From: Haloarculaceae archaeon
Lineage (GTDB): Archaea; Halobacteriota; Halobacteria; Halobacteriales; Haloarculaceae
Assembly (NCBI GenBank): GCA_042219595.1
Contig: JBDGPQ010000073.1
Coordinates: 1-63,470, forward strand
DNA length: 63,470 nucleotides
Reading direction: 5' to 3'
In this document: positions 27,593 to 36,820 of the stretch, one piece after another
How positions within the stretch are numbered: position 1 is the stretch's first letter
How the letters are laid out: the number at the start of each line of letters is the position of its first letter
Notes under the pieces: generated by a model
Told to the model about the DNA's origin: nothing
The model's database searches: none
What the model saw: the letters and a program-made list of their open reading frames with translations, nothing else
Position numbers and translations under genes: made by a program

Positions 27593-27767
27593 TACATCAA
27601 ACCTCTTCCGTCTCATCGCCTTGTTGGTGCCGGATCTCCCAGTACCGCATGTGCCCCGGAGTTGCAGCAGAGTTTCCGGCTTGCGCGCGGGAATCTGATA
27701 CTGATCACGCTGCAGACTCTCCGCAAGACTCCCTGAAGGGTGCCAGCGTCGCCGCTATGAAGTGTAG

Positions 27768-28082
27768 AAATGGACTTCCGGGCTTGCCCACGCGTTCGAG
27801 CACGGGGAATCCCGCGCGCCGCCTCCACCCCGCGACCCTGCGAGCGACGGATGTCCACGGGTCCGCTGCTCGCTTCCGCGCCTGACGGAGTGCCCGCGGT
27901 TAACCGCTCGCCCGCGCCCCTGCAGGCGCGCCCGAACGGACCTCCATCCCCGCAGGACGAGGCTTCCACGTTGGCTTGCGGGGCCCGCGCCCGTCGGCCC
28001 GGACGCCCCCGGCATTCGGTCCCCGCTTAAGGTCGTGGTGCGGGTTCTGAGCGAGACCTAACCGCCCGACCTAGTCCGAGTG
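27768..28082 (-). ncRNA. Signal recognition particle (7S) RNA
   Basis: The minus strand reads GUCAGGCGCGGAAGCGAGCAGC (27886-27865). This is the helix-8 GGAA tetraloop with the flanking AGCAGC motif, close to the E. coli 4.5S sequence GUCAGGUCCGGAAGGAAGCAGC. The terminal pairings are GGACU (28077-28073) with AGUCC (27776-27772), and CGGGC with GCCCG, giving about 306-315 nt. The region is GC-rich with many nested helices and has no credible ORF. Ends are good to about 5 nt. Confidence 0.8.
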
Positions 28083-28122
28083 GAGGCTACCGGTGACGGC
28101 CATAAGGGGATTTCGGTCCGGT

Positions 28123-28521
28123 TCATGGAAATCCAAGTGAGCGGGCGAACCATCCGGCGCCCAGTGGTACAACGGCCGCGGCAACCGTCATGACCCATCG
28201 ATGGTTCGGATCGATCGCTATGATGTCGACCCGAACCGTGACAGCCCAGAACAGAACGATGGCGAGAATTGTGATCCCGAACACGACACCAACGCCTGCT
28301 GCAAATCCAGGATCCGTCCGGCCTTCCCGGCCAGACGCAAAGACAACAATCGCTACCAAAGCCAACAATCCAGCGACAAGGGGATTGATGCTGCCAGCAC
28401 TGTAGTACGTACTAGCGGCCTCGCCGAGGATGAGATAGGGGTATGCCAACGCCACGACGAGAGCCAGGCAGCCGGCAATGCCGACAAGCGGCGCAGCGCG
28501 GCGTCCGTCCATACCGGCCAT
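28123..28521 (-). CDS. Polytopic membrane protein, unknown function
   Basis: The 132-aa ORF has four hydrophobic helices. Confidence 0.6.
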   Translation of the reverse strand: MAGMDGRRAAPLVGIAGCLALVVALAYPYLILGEAASTYYSAGSINPLVAGLLALVAIVVFASGREGRTDPGFAAGVGVVFGITILAIVLFWAVTVRVDIIAIDPNHRWVMTVAAAVVPLGAGWFARSLGFP

Positions 28522-28583
28522 CGCTGGCGAACCCGCATAATCTCCCCGAAAAGCCCACGTGTGCCCGGACCTACATCAGAACT

Positions 28584-28898
28584 ATGCCACTGGGCGGAAC
28601 CGCGAAGAAGCTCCAGAAAGTTGCCAGCGCTGCCGAGGAGCTCTATGGAAAGATGAACGAGGTGATGTCCCGCCTGACGGAGCTGGAGGCTGATGTGGAA
28701 CGGACCAGCGAACAGGTCGATCGGATCGAGCGGGATGTCGCCGAACAGCGTGCCCTCGTCGAGGCGCTTGCCGAAGCGCAGGGGGTAGATATCGCCGCCG
28801 TTCTCGATGCGGCCGATCTGCCGGAGCCGTCAGTCGAAGAGGATACTGCGACCGAAGCAACCGATGATGCGACACAGGAAACCGACGCCAACGCCTGA
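28584..28898 (+). CDS. Small acidic coiled-coil protein
   Basis: The ATG at 28584 gives MPLGGTAKKLQKVASAAEELYGKMNEVMSRLTELEADVERTSEQVDRIE. The basic N-terminal extension on the track ORF (28443) looks spurious. Confidence 0.6.
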   Translation: MPLGGTAKKLQKVASAAEELYGKMNEVMSRLTELEADVERTSEQVDRIERDVAEQRALVEALAEAQGVDIAAVLDAADLPEPSVEEDTATEATDDATQETDANA

Positions 28899-28903
28899 GG
28901 ACG

Positions 28904-29314
28904 TCACATAAGTCGTTGGTGCTCGACTTTCAGACACCGGTCTTGCACGAATCTCTTTCCCGCCTCGCGTGCGCGATCGCCAGCCGTTTCATTCGTGATG
29001 CCAAGTTGGAGCCAGATCGTTGCGACATCGTCCCGCTCGATCGCTGCATCGACGATTGGTCCGGTTTCCTCACTTGGTCGAAATACATCGACGAGATCCA
29101 CGCCCTCCGGAACCTCTGCGAGATCGTCATAGGCCTTTTGTCCGAAGATCTCGTCCGCATATGGGTTCACTGGGATGATCTCGTATCCGTGTTCAAGCAT
29201 ATACTTTGGGATGTCATGGGCGGCCTTGCCCGGGGAAGTCGAGCACCCAACAACGGCGATGCGTTCGGTATTCTGGAGGATGTCACGAAGCATGGTGTCC
29301 GTCTCACTTGCCAT
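28904..29314 (-). CDS. CoA-binding domain protein
   Basis: The motif RIAVVGCSTSPGKAAHDIPKYMLEHGYEIIPVNP is typical of CoA_binding_2 proteins. Confidence 0.85.
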   Translation of the reverse strand: MASETDTMLRDILQNTERIAVVGCSTSPGKAAHDIPKYMLEHGYEIIPVNPYADEIFGQKAYDDLAEVPEGVDLVDVFRPSEETGPIVDAAIERDDVATIWLQLGITNETAGDRAREAGKRFVQDRCLKVEHQRLM

Positions 29315-29354
29315 GCGAACGGCTAGGCATTGGCCGCGAAAAAGACTGCTGGCC

Positions 29355-29987
29355 TCAGGAATTCACATCTTCATCAGACGGGGAAAGGTCGAGGGTAGGA
29401 GTATCATCGGGAGTCGTGGTAATGATACCATCAAAGAGTTGCGACAGGGTGTTGCGGATTTCAGGATCATGAGCACGCGATTCGATAAGGAAGAGTCCGA
29501 GGGCGCCGGCATTGTCGATCCGATCAGTGAAGACGTGCAGAAACTGAAAGACTGTCTCGGCGTCGGAATACATTAACAGCGTCGTCAACGAGTCGAGCGT
29601 CACACGCGTGCGGTCAATACCCCGCTCCACAGCGAATTCCTCGAGAAGTTCCGAAAACTGGATGCCGATGGCCGTCATGTCGTCCGGGGAGTCCACGTAC
29701 GCAACGTTGGGGGATTCTGCAGTGGGCCGACCCTGTTGCTTCGTAACGCAGTCGACGATTTCCACCGGTCCGCGAGCAAGATCATCGCTCTGTGAGCGGA
29801 AGTGCCGGAGAACCTGCCGTGCATCATCGCGGGTGGTTACGACAATCGCACCCTCGCCCTCTTGTGATCCGACTGCGAGAACCTCGATCGCGACGCGTCG
29901 CTTACCGGACAGCGGTGGCCCCGAAACGAGGAGGTTCGTTCCAGGGGCGACGGTGGCGTGCTCAAGCGCAGGACCGAGATCAAACAC
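29355..29987 (-). CDS. RecA-superfamily (KaiC/RAD55-like) single-domain protein
   Basis: It has a P-loop-like GTNLLVSGPPLSGKRRVAIEVL and a Walker-B-like strand RVTLDSLTTLL. The tail is acidic. Confidence 0.6.
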   Translation of the reverse strand: MFDLGPALEHATVAPGTNLLVSGPPLSGKRRVAIEVLAVGSQEGEGAIVVTTRDDARQVLRHFRSQSDDLARGPVEIVDCVTKQQGRPTAESPNVAYVDSPDDMTAIGIQFSELLEEFAVERGIDRTRVTLDSLTTLLMYSDAETVFQFLHVFTDRIDNAGALGLFLIESRAHDPEIRNTLSQLFDGIITTTPDDTPTLDLSPSDEDVNS

Positions 29988-30044
29988 CGCGAGTGGACAA
30001 AATTCCCGCGGCTTCTCTTAAAAGAATTGGCCAGGACCGGGGAG

Positions 30045-30050
30045 TTTTTA
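30045..30050 (+). promoter_or_regulatory. Candidate TATA box for tRNA-Arg
   Basis: TTTTTA lies about 27 nt upstream of the tRNA 5' end. Confidence 0.3.
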
Positions 30051-30076
30051 GCCCGACGACGGGTGGTCACGAATAC

Positions 30077-30151
30077 GGGCGCTTAGCTCAGCTTGGACAG
30101 AGCACTTGGCTTCGGACCAAGATGTCGCGGGTTCAAATCCTGCAGCGCCCA
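30077..30151 (+). tRNA. tRNA-Arg (anticodon UCG)
   Basis: The acceptor stem is GGGCGCU/AGCGCCC, the D arm GCUC/GAGC, the anticodon stem CUUGG/CCAAG with loop CUUCGGA, and the T arm GCGGG-UUCAAAU-CCUGC. CCA is not encoded. Confidence 0.93.
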
Positions 30152-30508
30152 TACAAACTCGGCCATACAATCGCCCGACAGCGTTGTGATTATCGATCGA
30201 ATGGGCCGGGTTTGGGGCGCTTTCGTTCGTTAGTCGAATGAATCTGACCGAGGGGATTCTGTATTGGGACTCGCGTACATTCAAACTGGTACCACTGGAG
30301 AAAATCAATCGCCGATTGATGCAGTGGTGGCGGTTCCTCTACGAGTTTCCGATTAGACGATACCTCTTGTCTGCCATATGTCTCATGCTGAATAAAGAGG
30401 TTGGGTGCAGCACGCGGACCGGTTTCAATCCAAGACTCTTCTAGTGAATAAATTATGTTTTACATTTAACATCTCGAGCCAAACCTCAGCCAAAATTATT
30501 CCGACTTC

Positions 30509-32770
30509 TCAATGCCCGAAGATACGCTCCGTAATGCCCCGACGCCGAGCTCGCTCCGCGAGTAGCACCGAACACTCGACATCATTGACAACCTCAAGTA
30601 CAAGTGCCCCACGCACCAACCGCGAGAGCAGTCCCTCCTCCGTCGCGCCGATGATCACCATTGAACATTCACCAGCCGCTCGCTCGATCGCCCGCTCGAT
30701 GTCTCCGGTCTCGACACGCAGTTCTACCTCTCCGATGTCGTGGCTCTCCGCCCACTCGTCAAGGAACCGCTGGCCGTCCTCCTCGGAGTCGGCCACGTGC
30801 AGCAGAGTTACCTGCGAACCGTACTCCTGTTGAAGTAGCCGCGCCATCTCCGCCGACAGGTCCGAGTCTGGTCCTCCAGCCGTTGGAACAAGGATGTGCT
30901 CGGGGTCGAACCCGCGGTCTTTCATCACCACGAAGTCACACGGGAGGTTCCTCGCCAGATCGTCAAAGCCGCTCTCAACCCGTCCTGGAGAGCCATGCGA
31001 TCCCTCGCCCCAGCCCATCACTACCAGATCCGCCCCAAGATCCCGCGCCGCATCGAAGATCTCCTCGAACCCGCGATGGGACACGATCGTGTGCGTCTCG
31101 ACATCAACCCCGAACGTCTCCGCATCGGCCTCGGCTGCATCCAGAATCTCGTGGTAGTCAGCCTCCATCTGTTCGACCTGGTCGGCAGCCAGGCTCACCG
31201 ACGTCTGATCAGGCACAGAAATGATGTGGACCGCATCGACACCGCCACTACGCTGTTTGGCGATAGCGCTGGCGAGCGTGATGAGGTCTTTCTCGTGATC
31301 GGGGTTTGCTAACGGCACCATAACCCGATAGACGTCCCCATCCGGCTGGACGGCGCTGGCTGCCGAGACGGCAGTAGCCGGCATCTCATCGGGCTGGGAT
31401 AACACCCACTTGCTAAGGATGCCGTGCTTGTCCGCACGACTGCGTGCGTACGTGAAGTACCATACAATGCCGCCCACCACGAACACCAGCGAAAGTAAAA
31501 TCTCGTTGCGCGCCATGAACGCGATGAGTCCGAAGGACGTTACCGCCCCTAGAATCGGTACGATTGGATATAATGGCACCTTGAACTCGGGCTGGTATTC
31601 CGCGATGTCGGCTTCACGCATCACAATGAGCGCGATGTTCAACAAGCCGTAGACGATGAGGTGCAGGACGCTACCGGCCTTGGCGAGAGTCTTGACGTCC
31701 CCGAGGACGATGAACAGCAGGATGAGCCCACCGGTGACTGCGATGCTGCGGTACGGCGTGGCGAAGTTCGGGTGGATGGCGTTGAGCTTTGCACTGATGA
31801 GCTTGTCCCGTCCCATGGCGAAGTTGATACGCGACGACGCCAGAATGGAGGCATTCGCACTGGAGGCCGTCGCAAGCAGTCCCGCGAACGTAAGCATGCC
31901 GACACCGACCGTAGCTATCCCGACAGTCCCGAAGGCAATTTCGGCGACGTCCAACACCGGTGTCGTGGTGAACTCAGGACCGAGTTGTCGCCAGTTGATA
32001 ACGCCCATCAGCACCACCATGATGACAGCGTACATCGTCGTGACGATGACGACGCTGCCAACAACCGCAAGTGGGAGGTTCCGCCCGGGGTTCTTCAGCT
32101 CCTCCGCGACCGTCGTAATCTTCGCAAATCCCAGAAATGAGACGAACACCAGCCCGGTTGCCGGAAGGACGGCGGTGGCGCCCCCGGTCTCGGGGGGGAA
32201 TAACGGACGCAGCGTCGAGACGTCCGCCTGCATGAATCCCAAGATCGAGAACAATGTGAGGATGCCGACCAGAAGCGTGACGATGACGATCTGGACGCCA
32301 CCGGTCTCCTTCGCGCCGATGTAGTTGATGACGACGAACGCCAGCCCTGCCAGGAGCGCTCCAACCTGGTAAGCGCTCAGCCCGACCGGACCGAGCGCGA
32401 TGGCGGGCAGCGGGAGGAACGTGACCAGGTATTCGCCGAACCCCAGCGTGTAGAACGCCGAGGCGAACGCCAGGCCCATCCAATTGCCCCACCCCGCAAT
32501 CGAGCCTGCGAGCGGGCCGAGGGCGTGGTTGACGTAGTAGTAGCTACCACCGGCTTTCGGCATCGCCGTTCCGAGTTCGCTCGCCGATAACGCAGTAAAA
32601 AGAGAAATGACCCCACCGATGACGAACGAAAGCGCAACTGCCGGCCCTGCAGCCGCCGCAGCCTGGCCCGGCAGGACGAATATCCCCGCGCCGATCATGG
32701 TGCCGACACCGATTGTCAACGCCGATAATAGCCCGAGATCTTTCGCCAGCTCTTCGTCGCCAGTTGTCAT
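30509..32770 (-). CDS. APC-superfamily amino acid permease fused to two C-terminal universal stress protein domains
   Basis: The 753-aa ORF has about 12 TM helices ([19 protein letters not shown]), then tandem Usp-like domains ([10 protein letters not shown]..., [11 protein letters not shown]...). Confidence 0.9.
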   Translation of the reverse strand: MTTGDEELAKDLGLLSALTIGVGTMIGAGIFVLPGQAAAAAGPAVALSFVIGGVISLFTALSASELGTAMPKAGGSYYYVNHALGPLAGSIAGWGNWMGLAFASAFYTLGFGEYLVTFLPLPAIALGPVGLSAYQVGALLAGLAFVVINYIGAKETGGVQIVIVTLLVGILTLFSILGFMQADVSTLRPLFPPETGGATAVLPATGLVFVSFLGFAKITTVAEELKNPGRNLPLAVVGSVVIVTTMYAVIMVVLMGVINWRQLGPEFTTTPVLDVAEIAFGTVGIATVGVGMLTFAGLLATASSANASILASSRINFAMGRDKLISAKLNAIHPNFATPYRSIAVTGGLILLFIVLGDVKTLAKAGSVLHLIVYGLLNIALIVMREADIAEYQPEFKVPLYPIVPILGAVTSFGLIAFMARNEILLSLVFVVGGIVWYFTYARSRADKHGILSKWVLSQPDEMPATAVSAASAVQPDGDVYRVMVPLANPDHEKDLITLASAIAKQRSGGVDAVHIISVPDQTSVSLAADQVEQMEADYHEILDAAEADAETFGVDVETHTIVSHRGFEEIFDAARDLGADLVVMGWGEGSHGSPGRVESGFDDLARNLPCDFVVMKDRGFDPEHILVPTAGGPDSDLSAEMARLLQQEYGSQVTLLHVADSEEDGQRFLDEWAESHDIGEVELRVETGDIERAIERAAGECSMVIIGATEEGLLSRLVRGALVLEVVNDVECSVLLAERARRRGITERIFGH

Positions 32771-33195
32771 CGACCGTCGACGTCGTCTTCCTGCTCTGGG
32801 AGAGCAATGACCGCCCGATCGGCCTTGGTTACCAGTCGTAGGGTACGGTCACCAGCGAGAAACTGTAGGATGCGTCCGCCGCCACGGGGCCGAAATACGA
32901 TGGCACTCGCGTCCATCGCGTCAGCGACTTCGATGATGCCCTCGACGACGTCACGCCGGTACGTGATTTCGCTTTCGGCTTCGGGGAACGTTTCCCGGAA
33001 CGTCTCGAACGCCTCCGCAGCGATCATCTCGGACTGCTCGACGGGCGTTTTGTCGGGGACGCCCTCCCCCTTTTCGATGACATGCAAGACAGTGACAGAG
33101 CCTGTCTCGTACTCGTGAAGTGCCTTGGCGGTGGCTCGGGCGTCCTCTTTGGTGGCGACGGGGACGAGGATATTTTTGGTGAGGTTGATTGGCAT
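32767..33195 (-). CDS. Universal stress protein (UspA family)
   Basis: Motifs are [11 protein letters not shown]...VTVLHV...AIVFRPRGG. Its stop overlaps the permease start. Confidence 0.85.
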   Translation of the reverse strand: MPINLTKNILVPVATKEDARATAKALHEYETGSVTVLHVIEKGEGVPDKTPVEQSEMIAAEAFETFRETFPEAESEITYRRDVVEGIIEVADAMDASAIVFRPRGGGRILQFLAGDRTLRLVTKADRAVIALPEQEDDVDGR

Positions 33196-33198
33196 AGG

Positions 33199-33348
33199 TT
33201 ACTTCAGTTTGTAGCAGACGGTGTCGGTCGAACCACAGTTCGGACACTCGGTTTCGTTGCTGTCGAGTGTCGTACCACAGTTACGGCACTCATAGACGAT
33301 CGCCGTCGAGCGGAGCAACTGCCGTACTCGTGTCGTGAGACCGGTCAT
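33199..33348 (-). CDS. Small zinc-ribbon protein (49 aa, not in the ORF track)
   Basis: The sequence is MTGLTTRVRQLLRSTAIVYECRNCGTTLDSNETECPNCGSTDTVCYKLK. The ATG overlaps the upstream stop (ATGA), and the ORF ends 3 nt before the Usp start. Confidence 0.5.
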   Translation of the reverse strand: MTGLTTRVRQLLRSTAIVYECRNCGTTLDSNETECPNCGSTDTVCYKLK

Positions 33349-34130
33349 TGGGTAGACTCTGAAGGCTGGTTGGGAGATGGAGATCGGAATACGTCGAGCG
33401 CGTTGGCGTCGGCCCCGCTCCGTGAGAGTACGGTGACGATGTCGTACGGCTTGACGACAGTGTCGCCGTGGGGGGTGAGTTCCGTCTCGTCGCGCTCGAT
33501 GCCGATGACGAGCGTGTCGTCGTCGATGATGTTCTGTTGGCTTGCCGCCTCGAGCGTGGTGCCAGCTATCGCTGCGTCCTTGGTGACGGCGAGTTCGACG
33601 ATATTGGCGTCGCCCGTGAGACTGATTACATCGTTTATTCCAGCGGTATCAGAAGCGTCTGGATTGAAGGGCCGATAGGGGGAGAAGTAGTCGTCTTCGA
33701 CAAGGTCTTCATCCTCGATTTCGATGCCGAGCTGGGAAAGGCTCCGGGCGACGCGTTGGAGGTCCTCAGTGTCTTCACCGATGGCGAGTACGTGGAGGTT
33801 TCGGCGACCAGTCATCAGTGATCGAACGTGGACGACACCGGGAATGGCCCGGGCCTGGTTCGTCAGCGGTTCGCGCTCGTCGACTGGTACGTTACAAAGA
33901 TAGAGGTTGGATAGTTTTCCGCCAGCCTGTTCGAAGTCGACGTGTGCGGAGTACCCCCGGATGATTCCGTGTTCTTCAAGGTTCTGGATGCGGTTTCGGA
34001 CGGTACCGCCCGAGACGTTTGCTTTGTCGGCAATTGAGGCGGCGGTTGCGTTGCGTGCGTCATCCATTAGCGCGTAGAGGATTCGGCGATCGACGTCGTC
34101 GAGCCGGTAGCCCGAATCTGGTTTATCCAT
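33345..34130 (-). CDS. Lrp/AsnC-family HTH regulator with C-terminal TrkA-C (RCK_C) domain
   Basis: The HTH is LDDVDRRILYALMDDARNATAASIADKANVSGGTVRNRIQNLEEHGII, followed by a C-terminal TrkA-C-like region. Confidence 0.85.
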   Translation of the reverse strand: MDKPDSGYRLDDVDRRILYALMDDARNATAASIADKANVSGGTVRNRIQNLEEHGIIRGYSAHVDFEQAGGKLSNLYLCNVPVDEREPLTNQARAIPGVVHVRSLMTGRRNLHVLAIGEDTEDLQRVARSLSQLGIEIEDEDLVEDDYFSPYRPFNPDASDTAGINDVISLTGDANIVELAVTKDAAIAGTTLEAASQQNIIDDDTLVIGIERDETELTPHGDTVVKPYDIVTVLSRSGADANALDVFRSPSPNQPSESTQ

Positions 34131-34417
34131 AATGCAAGGTACCCCTGATTCGTATGTTTTAGATAAAGATGGCTACATTCACTTAACCTTATCTCAAGAC
34201 GGGTTCAATTACGGATTCCGCAACGCCCTATTAATTCGCGGAAAAGTCAGTATCATACTTACGTTGGGGATTGTTCTCTTGCGGATGCCTTGGTTCCGCT
34301 CTGGAGAGGGTAATTGACTATTAGTCCTGTCAATGTGCGAGATTCGCGCTTCCTATTCAGCATTGGTGAGACGTATTGCCAGAAAATGTCAGTAATAACC
34401 TGCAAGATATAGAGGTT

Positions 34418-35512
34418 CTATTCAGCAAATGTGATACCGGTGATTTCGAAACGAGCGCCCCCCTGGTCTGACTCACCAACGCTTATATCCCAATCATGTG
34501 CCTCTGCGATCTGTCTGACAATCCGTAACCCATACCCGGTCCCGTTGTCGGCACTCGAGTATCCGGGATCGAACACACGGTCTTGATCCTTTGGATCAAT
34601 TCCGGGCCCATCATCTGCAACCGCAAAACCGTTCGCTGTGAGCTCAATCCTTACCGTGACATCGGACCCACCATGCTCAATACTGTTCTTGAAGAGGTTC
34701 TCCAGCAGTTGCTGCAGTCGGTCAGCATCCGCTTCGATTTTCGGGAGATCTCCCTCCATCTCAGCTCCCATCCGTAGCTCTGGCCGGTCCATATCGGCCG
34801 CAACGATTAACCATGCATCTTTGACTATTTCGTCCAGGTCTACCGTGTTCAAAACACCCACGTCATCACCTTCACGGGCTAGAAACAGCACATCATCGAT
34901 GATTCGTTCCATCCGAGAAAGTGCCTTCAGTGCCGCATCTAGATGGTCACTAGAGCAGTCATCGGATGCCAGTTCGATCCGGCCAACGGCTGTCGTCAGT
35001 GGTGTCCGGAGATCGTGACTAATCACACTGGCGAACTCTTCAAGACGGGTATTGGTAGCCTCTAGCTGTCCAAGTTTCTCTTCAAGTTCCAGGTAGGCTT
35101 GGTCCCGGCGAATCGCTTCAAGGCCCAGCGCGACTCCACCAATCCCGAGAACAGTAGCGACGAATGTCGCTTGGAATAGAACTGCTTCCGCCGGAAGCAT
35201 CACTTCCGGGCTTAGATGTTGGTGAAACGCATAGCCACCGGCTGCAATCCCGCCGAGCAAGTAGGATCCACCAGTCCGGATACCAACGAGAGTCCGCTCG
35301 CGCGGTGTCTCAGCAGAAGTAACCACATGATATCCGAGTCCGGCGAACACGAATGAGAGACCGAGAGGTATCCATTGCCCGAGGATTGTCGGCAAAAGAG
35401 GAGCTTCGTGAGTCAGGATATGATAGAGGAATACGCTGAGGGAGAAGATGGAGACCACCACGATGATGCCAGGGCCGGAAAATCTACGAACAGAGCGTTT
35501 TAGATCTAACAT
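34418..35512 (-). CDS. Membrane-bound sensor histidine kinase
   Basis: It has about five TM helices, the H-box FASVISHDLRTPLT, the N-box QLLENLFKNSIEHGG, and G-boxes DDGPGI and GTGYGL. Confidence 0.9.
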   Translation of the reverse strand: MLDLKRSVRRFSGPGIIVVVSIFSLSVFLYHILTHEAPLLPTILGQWIPLGLSFVFAGLGYHVVTSAETPRERTLVGIRTGGSYLLGGIAAGGYAFHQHLSPEVMLPAEAVLFQATFVATVLGIGGVALGLEAIRRDQAYLELEEKLGQLEATNTRLEEFASVISHDLRTPLTTAVGRIELASDDCSSDHLDAALKALSRMERIIDDVLFLAREGDDVGVLNTVDLDEIVKDAWLIVAADMDRPELRMGAEMEGDLPKIEADADRLQQLLENLFKNSIEHGGSDVTVRIELTANGFAVADDGPGIDPKDQDRVFDPGYSSADNGTGYGLRIVRQIAEAHDWDISVGESDQGGARFEITGITFAE

Positions 35513-36018
35513 GTGTGTGATGGAGTCGCCCCACAGTCGTATTCATCGATTAAGACTAGATAGAAGTCTTCCTCCAGTCATTATGTATATCTCGGACTTG
35601 GGCTGACAAGAGTGCCGTGTGAGAAATGCGCGCTCTTTATTCAGCGCGGGCTCGAATATGTAATTCGAATCCAACACATCCTCCGCTTCTCAACCGTCCG
35701 AATCCAAGCCCCCTCACGCCCGAAAGGTCGATTTGTTCGACTCTGACCCGGAGCCAGCAGCGCCCACTGATTTTGGAAATTCTTTTGCCAAGATCCGATA
35801 ACCTGAGACCAGTTGAACTCGGATTCGTAGACAGACTCTGGCGAGTTTCGGGAGCATCTGGATTCAGCTCCGTCAGAGGATGAATCCCCCATCTTCAGCG
35901 CGATTCAACTTAGACGGCTGGGCTTTCCGGAAGTATATTTGGCCCGGACAAGTTGTGAGCGGGGTGCGTACACCTATCCCTACAAAGGAGCTAAGTGGGA
36001 ATCCTGCGAGAATGGGTC

Positions 36019-36804
36019 ATGCCAGAATTGGTCGATTTGTCGGGATATGTCGAGGAGAACCAGCCAGCACTCGGGAGCCATGACACCGTTTTCTGGACCT
36101 GCACGACCCATGAAGAATCGGGATACCGCCAGCTCCAGGAGCTTGACGAGGACGATATGGAGAACGAGACGCTTAAGCGGAAGCTCCGTGCGAAACGCGA
36201 AGGCTCAGATGAGTTGCATCCGAAGGATCGTGCGATTCTCATGTCAGAACACGGACCAACTCACGTAGATTCGCTTGCACATATCGATTCCTCCCTGTCG
36301 GAATCCACTATCGACAAGATGGATCTGGACTGGTTTTACGGGCCCGCTATCGGACTCGATGTCTCTGAGTTACTGGCAGATCGAGACTACGTGACGATCG
36401 ACATCATCGAGTCAAAGCTTCAACGCCACTCCCTCGAGCTACGCGAAGGTGACGCAATCACGTTGCATACCGGTCATCGGAACGAACACTATGGCCTTGA
36501 TGTCGAACCTCGGTACGCCTATCTGAACGAATATATCGGACTCGATGGCGAGGCCGCAACGTGGCTGGCGGAACGGGGAGTCAAGAATATCGGCATCGAT
36601 GCCCCCTCGATCGATCACTCTGCGGGAACGGCGGCAAATGACCACCCCGCTCACGACGCATGTGGGAAACACGGGATGATCAATACGGAGAACATGGCGA
36701 ATCTCGATGCCGTCGCCGGGCGCCGGTATACGCTATGTTGTTTCCCGTTGAAACTTCGTGGTGGCACCGGATCGCCCGTCCGCCCTGTCGGAATTCTCGA
36801 GTAA
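36019..36804 (+). CDS. Putative cyclase family protein (kynurenine-formamidase-like fold)
   Basis: The metal motif HGPTHVDSLAH is present, along with a later IDAPSID. Confidence 0.75.
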   Translation: MPELVDLSGYVEENQPALGSHDTVFWTCTTHEESGYRQLQELDEDDMENETLKRKLRAKREGSDELHPKDRAILMSEHGPTHVDSLAHIDSSLSESTIDKMDLDWFYGPAIGLDVSELLADRDYVTIDIIESKLQRHSLELREGDAITLHTGHRNEHYGLDVEPRYAYLNEYIGLDGEAATWLAERGVKNIGIDAPSIDHSAGTAANDHPAHDACGKHGMINTENMANLDAVAGRRYTLCCFPLKLRGGTGSPVRPVGILE

Positions 36805-36820
36805 GGGGATCCGTCGGCGA

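Noticed and set aside
27613-28030. Three overlapping ORFs (118, 86 and 86 aa) on both strands in the gap after mscS
   Set aside because: Their Arg/Gly/Pro/Ser-rich composition is typical of out-of-frame GC-rich sequence. The region is fully explained by the minus-strand SRP RNA.
27600-28120. RNase P RNA hypothesis for this GC-rich structured gap (rnp4 is nearby and GGAAGUCC is present on the minus strand)
   Set aside because: No GAGGAAAGUCC ... ACAGAA-N-CGGCUUA pair lies in the order and spacing a P4 helix needs. Placing GGAAGUCC as CR-I would force the RNA into the mscS coding region. The SRP helix-8 motif fits instead.
30238-30444. A 68-aa ORF just downstream of tRNA-Arg
   Set aside because: It is basic and Trp/Leu/Arg-rich, lies in a low-GC spacer, and is unlike the acidic proteome. 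No motif or coupling supports it.
34344-35650. Recurring TATTCAGC at 34347, 34417 and 35637, as a possible repeat family or a duplicated 3' end of the histidine kinase gene
   Set aside because: Similarity does not extend beyond about 8-10 nt. The third copy is part of a local GC hairpin (GCGCGCT...AGCGCGG), more consistent with a terminator.
35757-35766. A 10-nt match (GCAGCGCCCA) to the 3' end of tRNA-Arg inside a low-GC spacer, as a possible attR of an island starting at 30151
   Set aside because: The match does not extend beyond 10 nt, which is near chance expectation for 63 kb on two strands. No integrase or other mobile-element gene lies in between.
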